A stretch of DNA of 36,272 nt from an uncultured Gemmatimonadota bacterium (lineage in GTDB: Bacteria > Gemmatimonadota > Gemmatimonadetes > Gemmatimonadales > Gemmatimonadaceae): assembly GCA_903894655.1 (NCBI GenBank), contig CAITQY010000171.1, positions 1-36,272 of the forward strand, written 5' to 3'. Made by a program: the position numbers and the translations under genes. The notes below the pieces were generated by a model. That model saw only the letters and a list, made by a program, of their open reading frames with translations, had not been told where the DNA came from and ran no database searches. Below, one piece after another: positions 8,135 through 15,445 of this stretch (position 1 is its first letter; every line of letters starts with the position of its first letter).

Positions 8135-9833
8135 CGCCGACGCCCCATTCATCCTCGCTGGCGGTTGGGTCTGACATCAGAATTGGTTTCCCTTCAGCGA
8201 TGGCAACGGCAGCAACCGGGAGCGGTAGGCCGTGGTGCGTTCCAGTGCCCTTCACCACGTCTTTGCGGCGTGTGAGCCACTCGTCGGGTGTTTCGCTGTT
8301 GCTCATTTGGAATGGCGTCGGCGTCGGCAGTAGCGCGGAGATGGCCGAGAGGGTGTCGGCGTCGCCTCGTCCGTTGCGCTGACCCGGTCCACCTTTTGGA
8401 CCGTCAGACGCGCGAGGCTTCGGCAGGAGTGACGGGATGTCCCAGAGGTTGTAGCCATGAGCGTTAGCCGTCACGTCTGGAGTGGAGCCGTGCTTGGCGG
8501 CCTGCGATGTCGGCGTCGGCAGCATCGCCGCCGAACGTCCGCGCAATTCGCTTGCGTCCACGAACTCGCGCGGAAGCAGTCCCTGCGCTAGCTCTAGTGC
8601 TTGCTCAAGTCCCGGCGCTGACCACTGCTGCGCTTCAACCATTGAGGCCCGCGAGTTGCGAGAGCTGGCGACACGTGGCGTCGGCAGTAGCGCGCCGGTG
8701 TCGTGCTCGGTGGCGTCAGAGATGCCCAGCAGAAAGCGCAGGGCGAGCGCAGCCTCAGCAGGCACCACGCCATTGCCGAGTGCCTTCAGTTGCTGCGAGC
8801 GGCTCAGGCCGATGGCCGGGTCGGTGACGTGCCCGGCGGGGAGCATCATCATCCACTCCACAAACGCGGGCGATAGGCGTGGGCCGTTCTTGCCGGGCTC
8901 AGTGGGCGCGGGCGCAGGTCGGCCGAGCGCGACCTCGTGGCGCCGGATGGCGTCGGCGTAAGGTCCGAAGTCGGTCACGGCGTGTCGTCCGTGAACGTCA
9001 CCGCGAGCGTGTTCAGCGGCAGGCTGTTCCTCAGCCATTGGCTCGGGCCTGCCGTGTTCGCGGCGTCCTGAGCGGTGGGCGTCGGGAGTAGGGAACTCGC
9101 CGCGTCGGGCTCGGGCCTCCAAACTCCGAGACTGCTGCGACCCCCCCCCCAGCCGGTACTTGTGCGCCGACGCGTCAGGCGTCGGGAGAAGGTCTAGAGC
9201 GACAGGATCGCGTTCGGCAGACTGCTGTAGTCCGTGCCCGGCTGCGCCAGTCCCCGCGAGTGGTCGGCTACCGGCGTCGGCAGGCTCGGCGATGATGAAG
9301 ACTCGGGCGCGACCGTGGCACGCTCCAGCGTCGGCAGCTCGTACAGTCGTCCAGCGCGCGTCATACCCGAGCGCGGCCAGGTCTGCACAAACGGCTCCGA
9401 GTGCCCGCACAGCGTCTGCTGCGTCGTCTCCCAAACACAACGCGCAGGGTTCCACGTCGCCAGCGGCTCGCGCGCTAAGGATTCCGAGGACATTCTCGAT
9501 CACAACCAATCGGGGTCGGAGGACGTTGACGGCGTAGGCCATGTGTGACCACAGACCCGAGCGGGTGCCTGGCCGAAGCCCTGCACGCTTGCCGGCGTGG
9601 CTCAAGTCTTGGCACGGGAAACCGCCAGTGATGATGTCGACGGGCTCAACCGAACTCCAGTCAACCGTGGTCACGTCGTGGTGGTTCGGCACGTCGGGCC
9701 AGTGGTGGGCGAGGATCGCGGCGGGCGCCTTGTCGAACTCCACGTGCCATGCCACCGACGAGCCGGGAATGACATCCATCACGGCGAGGTCAAGGCCGCC
9801 ATAGCCCGAGAAGAGTGAGCCGATGCGCGTCAT
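8127..9833 (-). CDS. DNA (cytosine-5) methyltransferase with multiple variable modules
   Basis: Motifs I SLFSGYGG, IV GGFPCQ, VI ENV, VIII HGRARVFI, IX RLSPAFVEWMM, X LGNGVVP, plus a ~200 aa repeat-containing tail. Confidence 0.92.
   Translation of the reverse strand: MTRIGSLFSGYGGLDLAVMDVIPGSSVAWHVEFDKAPAAILAHHWPDVPNHHDVTTVDWSSVEPVDIITGGFPCQDLSHAGKRAGLRPGTRSGLWSHMAYAVNVLRPRLVVIENVLGILSARAAGDVEPCALCLGDDAADAVRALGAVCADLAALGYDARWTTVRAADAGACHGRARVFIIAEPADAGSRPLAGTGAAGHGLQQSAERDPVALDLLPTPDASAHKYRLGGGSQQSRSLEARARRGEFPTPDAHRSGRREHGRPEPMAEEQPAAEHARGDVHGRHAVTDFGPYADAIRRHEVALGRPAPAPTEPGKNGPRLSPAFVEWMMMLPAGHVTDPAIGLSRSQQLKALGNGVVPAEAALALRFLLGISDATEHDTGALLPTPRVASSRNSRASMVEAQQWSAPGLEQALELAQGLLPREFVDASELRGRSAAMLPTPTSQAAKHGSTPDVTANAHGYNLWDIPSLLPKPRASDGPKGGPGQRNGRGDADTLSAISALLPTPTPFQMSNSETPDEWLTRRKDVVKGTGTHHGLPLPVAAVAIAEGKPILMSDPTASEDEWGVGDV
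8320..9286. repeat. Seven dispersed 14-bp repeats encoding (L/M/S)LP(T/K)P module heads
   Basis: GGC(G/T)TCGG(C/G)AGnnn at 8320, 8416, 8512, 8677, 9078, 9178 and 9273. Confidence 0.85.
9141..9150 (-). repeat. G10 homopolymer inside the methyltransferase
   Basis: cccccccccc on the plus strand; reads CTG GGG GGG GGG (LGGG) in frame. Confidence 0.9.
9194..9493 (-). CDS. Nested +1-frame ORF, probable methyltransferase beta/TRD subunit
   Basis: TWPRSGMTRAGRLYELPT...ESSS...SLPTP; same arrangement as alternative-frame subunits of split C5 methyltransferases. Confidence 0.65.
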   Translation of the reverse strand: MSSESLAREPLATWNPARCVWETTQQTLCGHSEPFVQTWPRSGMTRAGRLYELPTLERATVAPESSSSPSLPTPVADHSRGLAQPGTDYSSLPNAILSL

Positions 9834-9866
9834 GCGACACCCGCGAAAGATTGTTGGGCTAAACCC

Positions 9867-9895
9867 TTGACTCCTGTATATACAGTGCCTAGATT
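9867..9895 (+). promoter_or_regulatory. Promoter with palindromic operator
   Basis: TTGACT-17 bp-TAGATT; CTGTATATACAG palindrome in the spacer. Confidence 0.8.
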
Positions 9896-9904
9896 GAACT
9901 CATT

Positions 9905-10193
9905 AGCAACCACACCAACGAGAGGCACACCATGACTCGCACGATTGGCACCAGCGGCAAGCACACCCACGCACTCATTGACGGCACGACACTGTGCGGG
10001 GCCACGGTCACGCGCACCCTCGCGACCCGCACTCCGTTCGCAATCACTCAGTGGGCGGCAATGACATCCTTTAGTGGCGCGTGCGCCCAGTGTGTCGCCG
10101 AACTCAAGACTGACCCGACCGTAGCCAAGTACGCCAAGAATGGCTGAGACTCCGCAACCACAAGCAACCACACAAACGAGAGGCACATTATGA
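9905..10193 (+). repeat. 31-bp start-associated direct repeat (2 copies)
   Basis: AGCAACCACACCAACGAGAGGCACACCATGA (9905-9935) vs AGCAACCACACAAACGAGAGGCACATTATGA (10163-10193), 28/31 identical. Confidence 0.85.
9932..10147 (+). CDS. Small His/Cys (Zn-binding) hypothetical protein
   Basis: GAGAGG RBS; HTH..TLCG...CAQC. Confidence 0.75.
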   Translation: MTRTIGTSGKHTHALIDGTTLCGATVTRTLATRTPFAITQWAAMTSFSGACAQCVAELKTDPTVAKYAKNG

Positions 10194-10402
10194 GCACTCA
10201 ATACATCGGACAGACCACAGTCGGCGTTCAGGTCAACGACGACGGCTCGATTTCGTTCACCGTCTACCTCTCCGAGATGGAAGACGTGCTCGACAACGTC
10301 GGCAACCTCGCCCCCGTGGCCGACCGCCTCGCCATAGAAGAGGCCATCACCTTTGAGCGGCCGTTCACCGTCGTGTCTGACATTGAGGTCGTCAATGGCT
10401 AG
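10190..10402 (+). CDS. Small acidic hypothetical protein
   Basis: GAGAGG RBS within the repeated leader. Confidence 0.75.
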   Translation: MSTQYIGQTTVGVQVNDDGSISFTVYLSEMEDVLDNVGNLAPVADRLAIEEAITFERPFTVVSDIEVVNG

Positions 10403-10529
10403 CACGCCGCTGCGCGCCATTCGGGTCTGCGAGCAGTTGTGGGCAGCAGCACGGGAGAAGGCTGAACGTGACGGCACGAACGTCACCGCTGTGATCCGCG
10501 CGGCACTGGAGCAGTACATAGCGGAGTGA
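10395..10529 (+). CDS. Ribbon-helix-helix DNA-binding protein (44 aa), not in the ORF track
   Basis: MASTPLRAIRVCEQLWAAAREKAERDGTNVTAVIRAALEQYIAE. Confidence 0.85.
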   Translation: MASTPLRAIRVCEQLWAAAREKAERDGTNVTAVIRAALEQYIAE

Positions 10530-10530
10530 G

Positions 10531-10677
10531 TCACGCGAGCGCCTCGTCGAGCGCGGCGAGGATGGTGTCGACCTCGGGCGCCGACAGGAACATGCCCATA
10601 TCGGTGGCCGCGTCGATGTAGGCGCGCACGCGCTCAACGACCGCGCGCGGGACCTCGACATACTCGACCTCGGTCAT
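10531..10677 (-). CDS. Small hypothetical protein (48 aa), not in the ORF track
   Basis: ATGA-coupled; MTEVEYVEVPRAVVERVRAYI... Confidence 0.65.
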   Translation of the reverse strand: MTEVEYVEVPRAVVERVRAYIDAATDMGMFLSAPEVDTILAALDEALA

Positions 10678-11033
10678 GCGCCGGTGTCCTGCCTGAGTAC
10701 CTGACCGTCAATGCAGCCGCCGTAGCAGCCGCGCATGACGGGCGTGCCGTCGTCGGCCTCGTCCTCGAGCATCGACTCGCCGCGACAGACCGGACAGAGC
10801 ACCCACTGAGCGGCGGGCATGACCAGCGACGCGTAGCCGGGATGCCTGGGCTTGCTGGCCGCGCGGTCGAGGTCGTCGGCGAGGTCGGCGAGCGCGTCGC
10901 TCATGATCCGCAACTGATTCGCGTAGCCGGTCACCTTGACCTGGCCGTCGATGAGCAGCGAGCCGGTCGGCGCGCGGCTTGGGTCGCGGCTGAACGACAC
11001 GTCGAACGGGAGGACGAGCTCGACGGCGGCCAT
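10674..11033 (-). CDS. Hypothetical protein with C-terminal Zn ribbon
   Basis: CPVC...CYGGC; TGATG-coupled start. Confidence 0.65.
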   Translation of the reverse strand: MAAVELVLPFDVSFSRDPSRAPTGSLLIDGQVKVTGYANQLRIMSDALADLADDLDRAASKPRHPGYASLVMPAAQWVLCPVCRGESMLEDEADDGTPVMRGCYGGCIDGQVLRQDTGA

Positions 11034-11170
11034 CAGAGGTCCCAGCCGGGGACGCCGTACTTGGCGGTGACCATGCCCGCGAGAAGGAGCGCCGTCCAGA
11101 TGGCCGAAAGTACGACCCGGCCCCTGAACGTCAGTCTGAGATTGGGCTCACACTTTGTACCTATTGTCAT
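11033..11170 (-). CDS. Small membrane protein (45 aa), probable first gene of the early operon
   Basis: MTIGTKCEPNLRLTFRGRVVLSAIWTALLLAGMV...; one hydrophobic helix. Confidence 0.6.
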   Translation of the reverse strand: MTIGTKCEPNLRLTFRGRVVLSAIWTALLLAGMVTAKYGVPGWDL

Positions 11171-11213
11171 TGGCTCGCTCTCGGGTGATGCTGAGAGATG
11201 AGCAGGAAATCAA

Positions 11214-11239
11214 GGCTTGCTACCCGTCAGTAACAAGTC
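11214..11239. promoter_or_regulatory. Inverted repeat with 6-bp core (recombination site or operator)
   Basis: GGCTTGCTAC-CCGTCA-GTAACAAGTC, arms 8/10 complementary. Confidence 0.45.
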
Positions 11240-11439
11240 CAGCCCTTGCTCACCTACCAGGAAGGGGTTGGTGACATGTTCAGTAGTACCGCGCTCGTCG
11301 TCCGAACGGGTGACAAACACGCACAAGATTGTGGCCCAATTCACGTAGCACACATCGGGGCCAATGTGATGTGCAACACACTGGCCGATCACACATTTGT
11401 GCTAGTAGGCGAAACGTCCACGGCGCATGGGCCGGAGAG

Positions 11440-11453
11440 CCCCCCCCCCCCCC
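11440..11453 (+). repeat. C14 homopolymer upstream of the recombinase
   Basis: 14 consecutive C. Confidence 0.9.
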
Positions 11454-11527
11454 TCGTTCCGGTCTGTCGCCGTCCGCTATCTGGGGGACAGAGTGCGACT
11501 ACAGGCATCCGGCGAGGGGTGCTTGAG

Positions 11528-12373
11528 ATGGGGGACCTGATGGAACGCACAAGTCCGGCAGTCTTCCCGTCGGGTGTCGCCTCGACGCAGCAATGCGTCG
11601 AGGCACTCACTCACTACCGCAGAATCCGCGGCCACTCCGAGCGCACCATCGCCCTGGACACGTGGATCCTCAACGCGCTGCCGTGCGAGCCCGAGCTCGC
11701 GACCGTCGCCGACCTCGAGGCGATCATCGTGCGGAACAAGAACGCTTCGAGCCGCTCGACCTACGCGTCGCGGCTCCACTCGATCTACGCCGCGCTCCGG
11801 CAGCTCGGGCTCATCGCGACTGTGGTCGACACGTTGATCCCGCGACTGCGCGCACCAGCGGGCAGTCCGCGCCCGTTGAGCGACGACCAGGTGAACACGC
11901 TCATGGCCGAGCTCGATCCCTACTTCGCCGACGTGGTGAGGTGCGGCCTGCTCGCCGGTACTCGCTCGATGGAGGTGCACGCGATGCGCGGGACCGACCT
12001 GACGCACGGGCACCGCGGCCCCGAGCTGCTGCTGCACGGCAAGGGGAAGAAGGACGCGAGCATCCCGTGCCACCCGCGCCTCGTGCAGATGATCGAGGAC
12101 TACGGGACGCTCGGCCGACTCTTCACGCGCTGGTCGACGCCCGCGAACCTGTCGTCGGCGATGTCGAAGAAGATGGGCGAGATTCTTAAAGACGAGAGCG
12201 TCACCTACCACCAGTGCCGGCACACGTTCGGCACGAACGTGATGCGCGCAGCAGACAATGACCTCCTCTTGGCGAGTTCACTGCTCAGGCACACCAACGT
12301 CGCGACGAGTGCCATCTATATCAAACTCGCCGATGACCGGCCTAGACTGGCCATCGACCGGCTAGCCGGATGA
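11528..12373 (+). CDS. Tyrosine recombinase (Xer-like, no arm-binding domain)
   Basis: Catalytic R (GTRSME), K (GKGKK), HxxR (YHQCRH), H and Y (LLRHTNVATSAIY); start 11528 or 11540, frame open from 11246. Confidence 0.9.
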   Translation: MGDLMERTSPAVFPSGVASTQQCVEALTHYRRIRGHSERTIALDTWILNALPCEPELATVADLEAIIVRNKNASSRSTYASRLHSIYAALRQLGLIATVVDTLIPRLRAPAGSPRPLSDDQVNTLMAELDPYFADVVRCGLLAGTRSMEVHAMRGTDLTHGHRGPELLLHGKGKKDASIPCHPRLVQMIEDYGTLGRLFTRWSTPANLSSAMSKKMGEILKDESVTYHQCRHTFGTNVMRAADNDLLLASSLLRHTNVATSAIYIKLADDRPRLAIDRLAG

Positions 12374-12390
12374 CAACTAGGGGGAATGTG

Positions 12391-12834
12391 ATGAGTTGGT
12401 TCACGCGCAAGCCGAAGGCGCCGAAAGCGTTCTACCTGAAGAAGGAGAGGTTTTATCAGTCGTGCCGACCCAGCGTCACGGACGATGCTGCAGTGTTTGC
12501 TTGCATCTCGCCGCACATTCCAGACTGGCGGATGCACAAGGACATTGAGATACCGATGTCGGTGATTTCTGCGGCGACGAACTACCAAGTTTGGATCAAA
12601 GGAAAGCGGGTGGGTGTAATTGGCGAGGATGCAATTGACACGATTCCACCGCTGCTCGCCCGTTGCGAGGCTCTTGGGGTCAAGCAGCTCGTGTTCCCTG
12701 GCCTCGTGTTTTGGGACAAAAAATCCGGGCCGTTTGGCCTCCGCATTTGGCTCCCCAAAGTTGACCTAGTGCCAACAATTGAGTTGCACCTAACTCCGCA
12801 GGAGCCTGCATTCAGGCTCAGCGATCAGACCTAA
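12391..12834 (+). CDS. Hypothetical protein (lower GC, weakly HIRAN-like)
   Basis: GGGGGA RBS; QVWIKGKRVGVI; alternative coupled start at 12370. Confidence 0.6.
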   Translation: MSWFTRKPKAPKAFYLKKERFYQSCRPSVTDDAAVFACISPHIPDWRMHKDIEIPMSVISAATNYQVWIKGKRVGVIGEDAIDTIPPLLARCEALGVKQLVFPGLVFWDKKSGPFGLRIWLPKVDLVPTIELHLTPQEPAFRLSDQT

Positions 12835-12887
12835 GGCGCTAGCCCCACAGCCAGGGCGTTCCGAGTTGTCGGTAGAAACACAGAAGA

Positions 12888-12937
12888 GCCGCACGCGCAC
12901 AACCTGGGAGGGGCGGGCCCGGGTGTGCGCGTGCGGC
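12888..12937. terminator. Long hairpin between convergent genes
   Basis: GCCGCACGCGCACA ... TGTGCGCGTGCGGC, 14-bp perfect stem. Confidence 0.75.
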
Positions 12938-12959
12938 GTTCGTGGGGGTCGAGCGGTCG

Positions 12960-13175
12960 TCAGTCGTCGTCGTCTTGGAGGCTTGGCAGCTCAGCCTCGG
13001 CGAGCATTCCGCGGTGGTGCCAATAAGGATGGATCACGTCGGTGAGCGTGATGAGTTGTTGATCGCCGGTCGACGGCTCCAGCAGGTCGATGACGACGAC
13101 GTACCCAACGACGATGCCCTCGAACTCCTCGGCGTTCAAAAACGCCTGAAGGAAGTCCTCAAGCTTGGTGCTCAT
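12960..13175 (-). CDS. Small acidic hypothetical protein
   Basis: ATGA-coupled; GYVVV...HHRGML, a common actinophage pattern. Confidence 0.7.
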   Translation of the reverse strand: MSTKLEDFLQAFLNAEEFEGIVVGYVVVIDLLEPSTGDQQLITLTDVIHPYWHHRGMLAEAELPSLQDDDD

Positions 13176-13465
13176 CGCTTCGCCCTAGCGGCGCGCTCTT
13201 CAACGACGAGCGCGTGCGTGAGCAGGTAGCCGACGCCGTCCACGATGTTGTCATTCGTCGGGTGGGGAGTGTGGCACTCGCGGGAAATCTTGAGCGCGAC
13301 CATCATGAGCGCGACCTGCTCGGCCGTGACTTCGATGCCGAGGATCGCGCCCCACATCAGGCCGGTGCGGTGGAAGTCGTCGAGCGGGTGGCCGTAGGTG
13401 TCGTTACGGTCGCCGGTCACGAGTGCGGCGGCGTGGCTAGCGATGGTCTGCGCGGTCTTCGACAT
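13172..13465 (-). CDS. DUF6378 family (putative nucleotide pyrophosphatase-like)
   Basis: GDRNDTYGHP..DF...W...VALMMVALKISR...DNIVDGVGY; GGAGG RBS. Confidence 0.85.
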   Translation of the reverse strand: MSKTAQTIASHAAALVTGDRNDTYGHPLDDFHRTGLMWGAILGIEVTAEQVALMMVALKISRECHTPHPTNDNIVDGVGYLLTHALVVEERAARAKR

Positions 13466-13505
13466 TGGACCCCTCCAAATTATTTCTGAGAATCTTTGGT
13501 CAAAG

Positions 13506-13544
13506 TGTAGACACGACTACAGGTAGCGTGTAGATTCATCTACA
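13506..13544 (+). promoter_or_regulatory. Promoter overlapped by two palindromic operators
   Basis: TAGACA-17 bp-TAGATT; TGTAG-N6-CTACA at 13506-13521 and 13529-13544. Confidence 0.8.
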
Positions 13545-13575
13545 TAGGGACAACCACAACAACTAAGGGGTCGAA

Positions 13576-13788
13576 ATGAACAAGAACCAAAGCACCGCAG
13601 CACAGAGGTCCTTCATCTGCTCACTGGCTCGCGGCCGGTCAATGGCTGACCTTGAGGTCATCCTCGCCCCCGCCTTTGCGGTCAACGGCAACGCCTTCAA
13701 CGCGTCGGCCACGCTCAACCAGAACGTCGCGCGGCTCACCAAGACGACGGCGTCGACGGCCATTGAGCTCCTCAAGGTGTCAGCATGA
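13576..13788 (+). CDS. Small hypothetical protein
   Basis: AAGGGG RBS; STAAQRSFI...LTKTTASTAIELLK (DUF3072-like pattern). Confidence 0.75.
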   Translation: MNKNQSTAAQRSFICSLARGRSMADLEVILAPAFAVNGNAFNASATLNQNVARLTKTTASTAIELLKVSA

Positions 13789-13970
13789 GCGCCGACGAGA
13801 GCATCGTTCCGTGCCCCGAATGTGGCACGCCCTGCTTCGCCTTCCGGGTCAAGTGCGACCGGTGCGGAGAGCAGGAGTCGACGCAGACTTGGCGACTGCC
13901 AGACGGCCGCGGGGGCTCACTGATGGACCTGCTCGCAGCGATTGAGGCCGAGTCAAAGGTGACCCCATGA
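13785..13970 (+). CDS. Small Zn-ribbon protein
   Basis: CPEC...CDRC; ATGA overlaps. Confidence 0.7.
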   Translation: MSADESIVPCPECGTPCFAFRVKCDRCGEQESTQTWRLPDGRGGSLMDLLAAIEAESKVTP

Positions 13971-14398
13971 GCGCCCTGCCCGGCGTGCGCTGCGTCTGGT
14001 GCGCCAAAGAGCAGCCCGCTAATGCCAACCTCGCACTTGTCGGCGTCGCCGTTCAGCACGACGATGAGTCGTGGCGGGTGCGCGCGATCAGTGAGCGCGG
14101 CGTTAGCGACCGCGAGTGGATGGTTGACGAGGTCGTCGACTTCGTGCCAAGCACGACATTTGTCGTTGAGGGCGAGGGCGCGGTGGTCATCATCGAGCCC
14201 GAGTACATCGACGACTGGGCGCTGATTGCCGACGAGGCAGGGAAGGCGCTCGCCGACGCCCGCGACCGGCTCGACCTCGCCATGCGCGCCGCCGAGATCG
14301 TGACGCGCTGCGCGATTGAAGATGGAATCTCAGAGGTTGAAGTTGCGCGTCGCGTGGGCGTCGACCGCATGACGGTGAGGAAGTGGCTCGGCAAGTAG
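13967..14398 (+). CDS. Protein with C-terminal helix-turn-helix, probable cassette autorepressor
   Basis: GISEVEVARRVGVDRMTVRKWLGK. Confidence 0.8.
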   Translation: MSALPGVRCVWCAKEQPANANLALVGVAVQHDDESWRVRAISERGVSDREWMVDEVVDFVPSTTFVVEGEGAVVIIEPEYIDDWALIADEAGKALADARDRLDLAMRAAEIVTRCAIEDGISEVEVARRVGVDRMTVRKWLGK

Positions 14399-15181
14399 TC
14401 AGCGAGCGGGCCGGGTGGTCACACGTCGCTTGACGTGGGCCATCCGGCAATGCGTGCCGCACTTCGTGCACGTCATGAGCGCGTAGACCGTGACGGGCGT
14501 CGTGTACCAGCGCCCGTCCTGGCGCAACTCCTCAGACCCGCACGTCGGACAGCATCGATCCGAGCCGGTCCACAGTCCCGCGTGCGGGTGGTCCTTGATC
14601 CAGCCTCGGCCTGCGAGCTCGTCGTAGAGCTTCTCGGTGAGCCGCACGTCCTGCACGCAGTACTTGCGGAAGAGCCGCCACGCGCGCTCGTCACCGGCCA
14701 GCACGTCGGTCCACATCTGGTGTCCGGTGTGTGGCGTCTTGCCGCCGAGGCCGAGCCGGTCGGCGACGTGCGCGAGCTTGTTCGAGGTGAACTTGAACTG
14801 CGCGCGGCAGACCCTCAACAGGTCGACGTTCCGCCAGGGCGACGGCGGCCCGAGGCCCGCGAGTAGGAACTCGCGCTGTAGGTGCTTCACATCAAAGCTC
14901 GGCCCGTTGAAGGTGACGAGGATGTCCGCGGCGTCCAGCAATCGCCAGGCGTGCGCGATCATCTCGGCGTGGCCGTCGTCGTGCTCGCTGTAGAACTCCG
15001 TCGCCCGCTTGTCGTGCCACTTCGCCGCGAAGCACAAGACGCGCGAGGACTCGCGGAGTTGGCTGATCCCAATGTTCTGATTGAACAAGCCCCACACGTC
15101 GGCGATGTTCGGCGATGTCTCGATGTCAAGTGTCAGAGTCTTCGGCAGCGAGGTCGCGAGCGCGGCCGCTAGGTCACCCAC
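14399..15181 (-). CDS. DnaQ/RNase H-like 3'-5' exonuclease with C-terminal Zn ribbon
   Basis: LDIET, TFNGPSFD, YCVQDV; CPTC...CTKC. Confidence 0.9.
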   Translation of the reverse strand: MGDLAAALATSLPKTLTLDIETSPNIADVWGLFNQNIGISQLRESSRVLCFAAKWHDKRATEFYSEHDDGHAEMIAHAWRLLDAADILVTFNGPSFDVKHLQREFLLAGLGPPSPWRNVDLLRVCRAQFKFTSNKLAHVADRLGLGGKTPHTGHQMWTDVLAGDERAWRLFRKYCVQDVRLTEKLYDELAGRGWIKDHPHAGLWTGSDRCCPTCGSEELRQDGRWYTTPVTVYALMTCTKCGTHCRMAHVKRRVTTRPAR

Positions 15182-15404
15182 AACTGCACTCGCCGCGACG
15201 ATGGCGCGACAGCGTCGTCGGCGCGACGCGAACATTGACCGTCAACAGCGCGCGAGAAATGCTCGTGCTCGGCTGCGTCGAGTTGAAGGCGGCGACGAGC
15301 GCCGCGCGGTCGGCGGCGTCAAGTGCGGCGAGGATCGCGATGAGCGAGCATGGTGGACCCTTGCGCGCCGCGCTCTCCTCGTTCAATGCGTCGATGAGTG
15401 ACAT
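15174..15404 (-). CDS. Small HTH-like protein
   Basis: GAAGGGG RBS; ends RHRRGECSCG. Confidence 0.75.
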   Translation of the reverse strand: MSLIDALNEESAARKGPPCSLIAILAALDAADRAALVAAFNSTQPSTSISRALLTVNVRVAPTTLSRHRRGECSCG

Positions 15405-15445
15405 GGTCGCCCCTTCGTCAGGCTGGCCGGGGGATCGGCCAGCGG

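Noticed and set aside
9874-9885. LexA SOS box
   Set aside because: CTGT-N4-ACAG has the wrong spacing for the E. coli box and does not match the actinobacterial GAAC-N4-GTTC type; the adjacent RHH is a simpler explanation
11210-11392. 60-aa minus-strand ORF as repressor or Cro
   Set aside because: No HTH pattern, no clear RBS, lies over a likely divergent regulatory region
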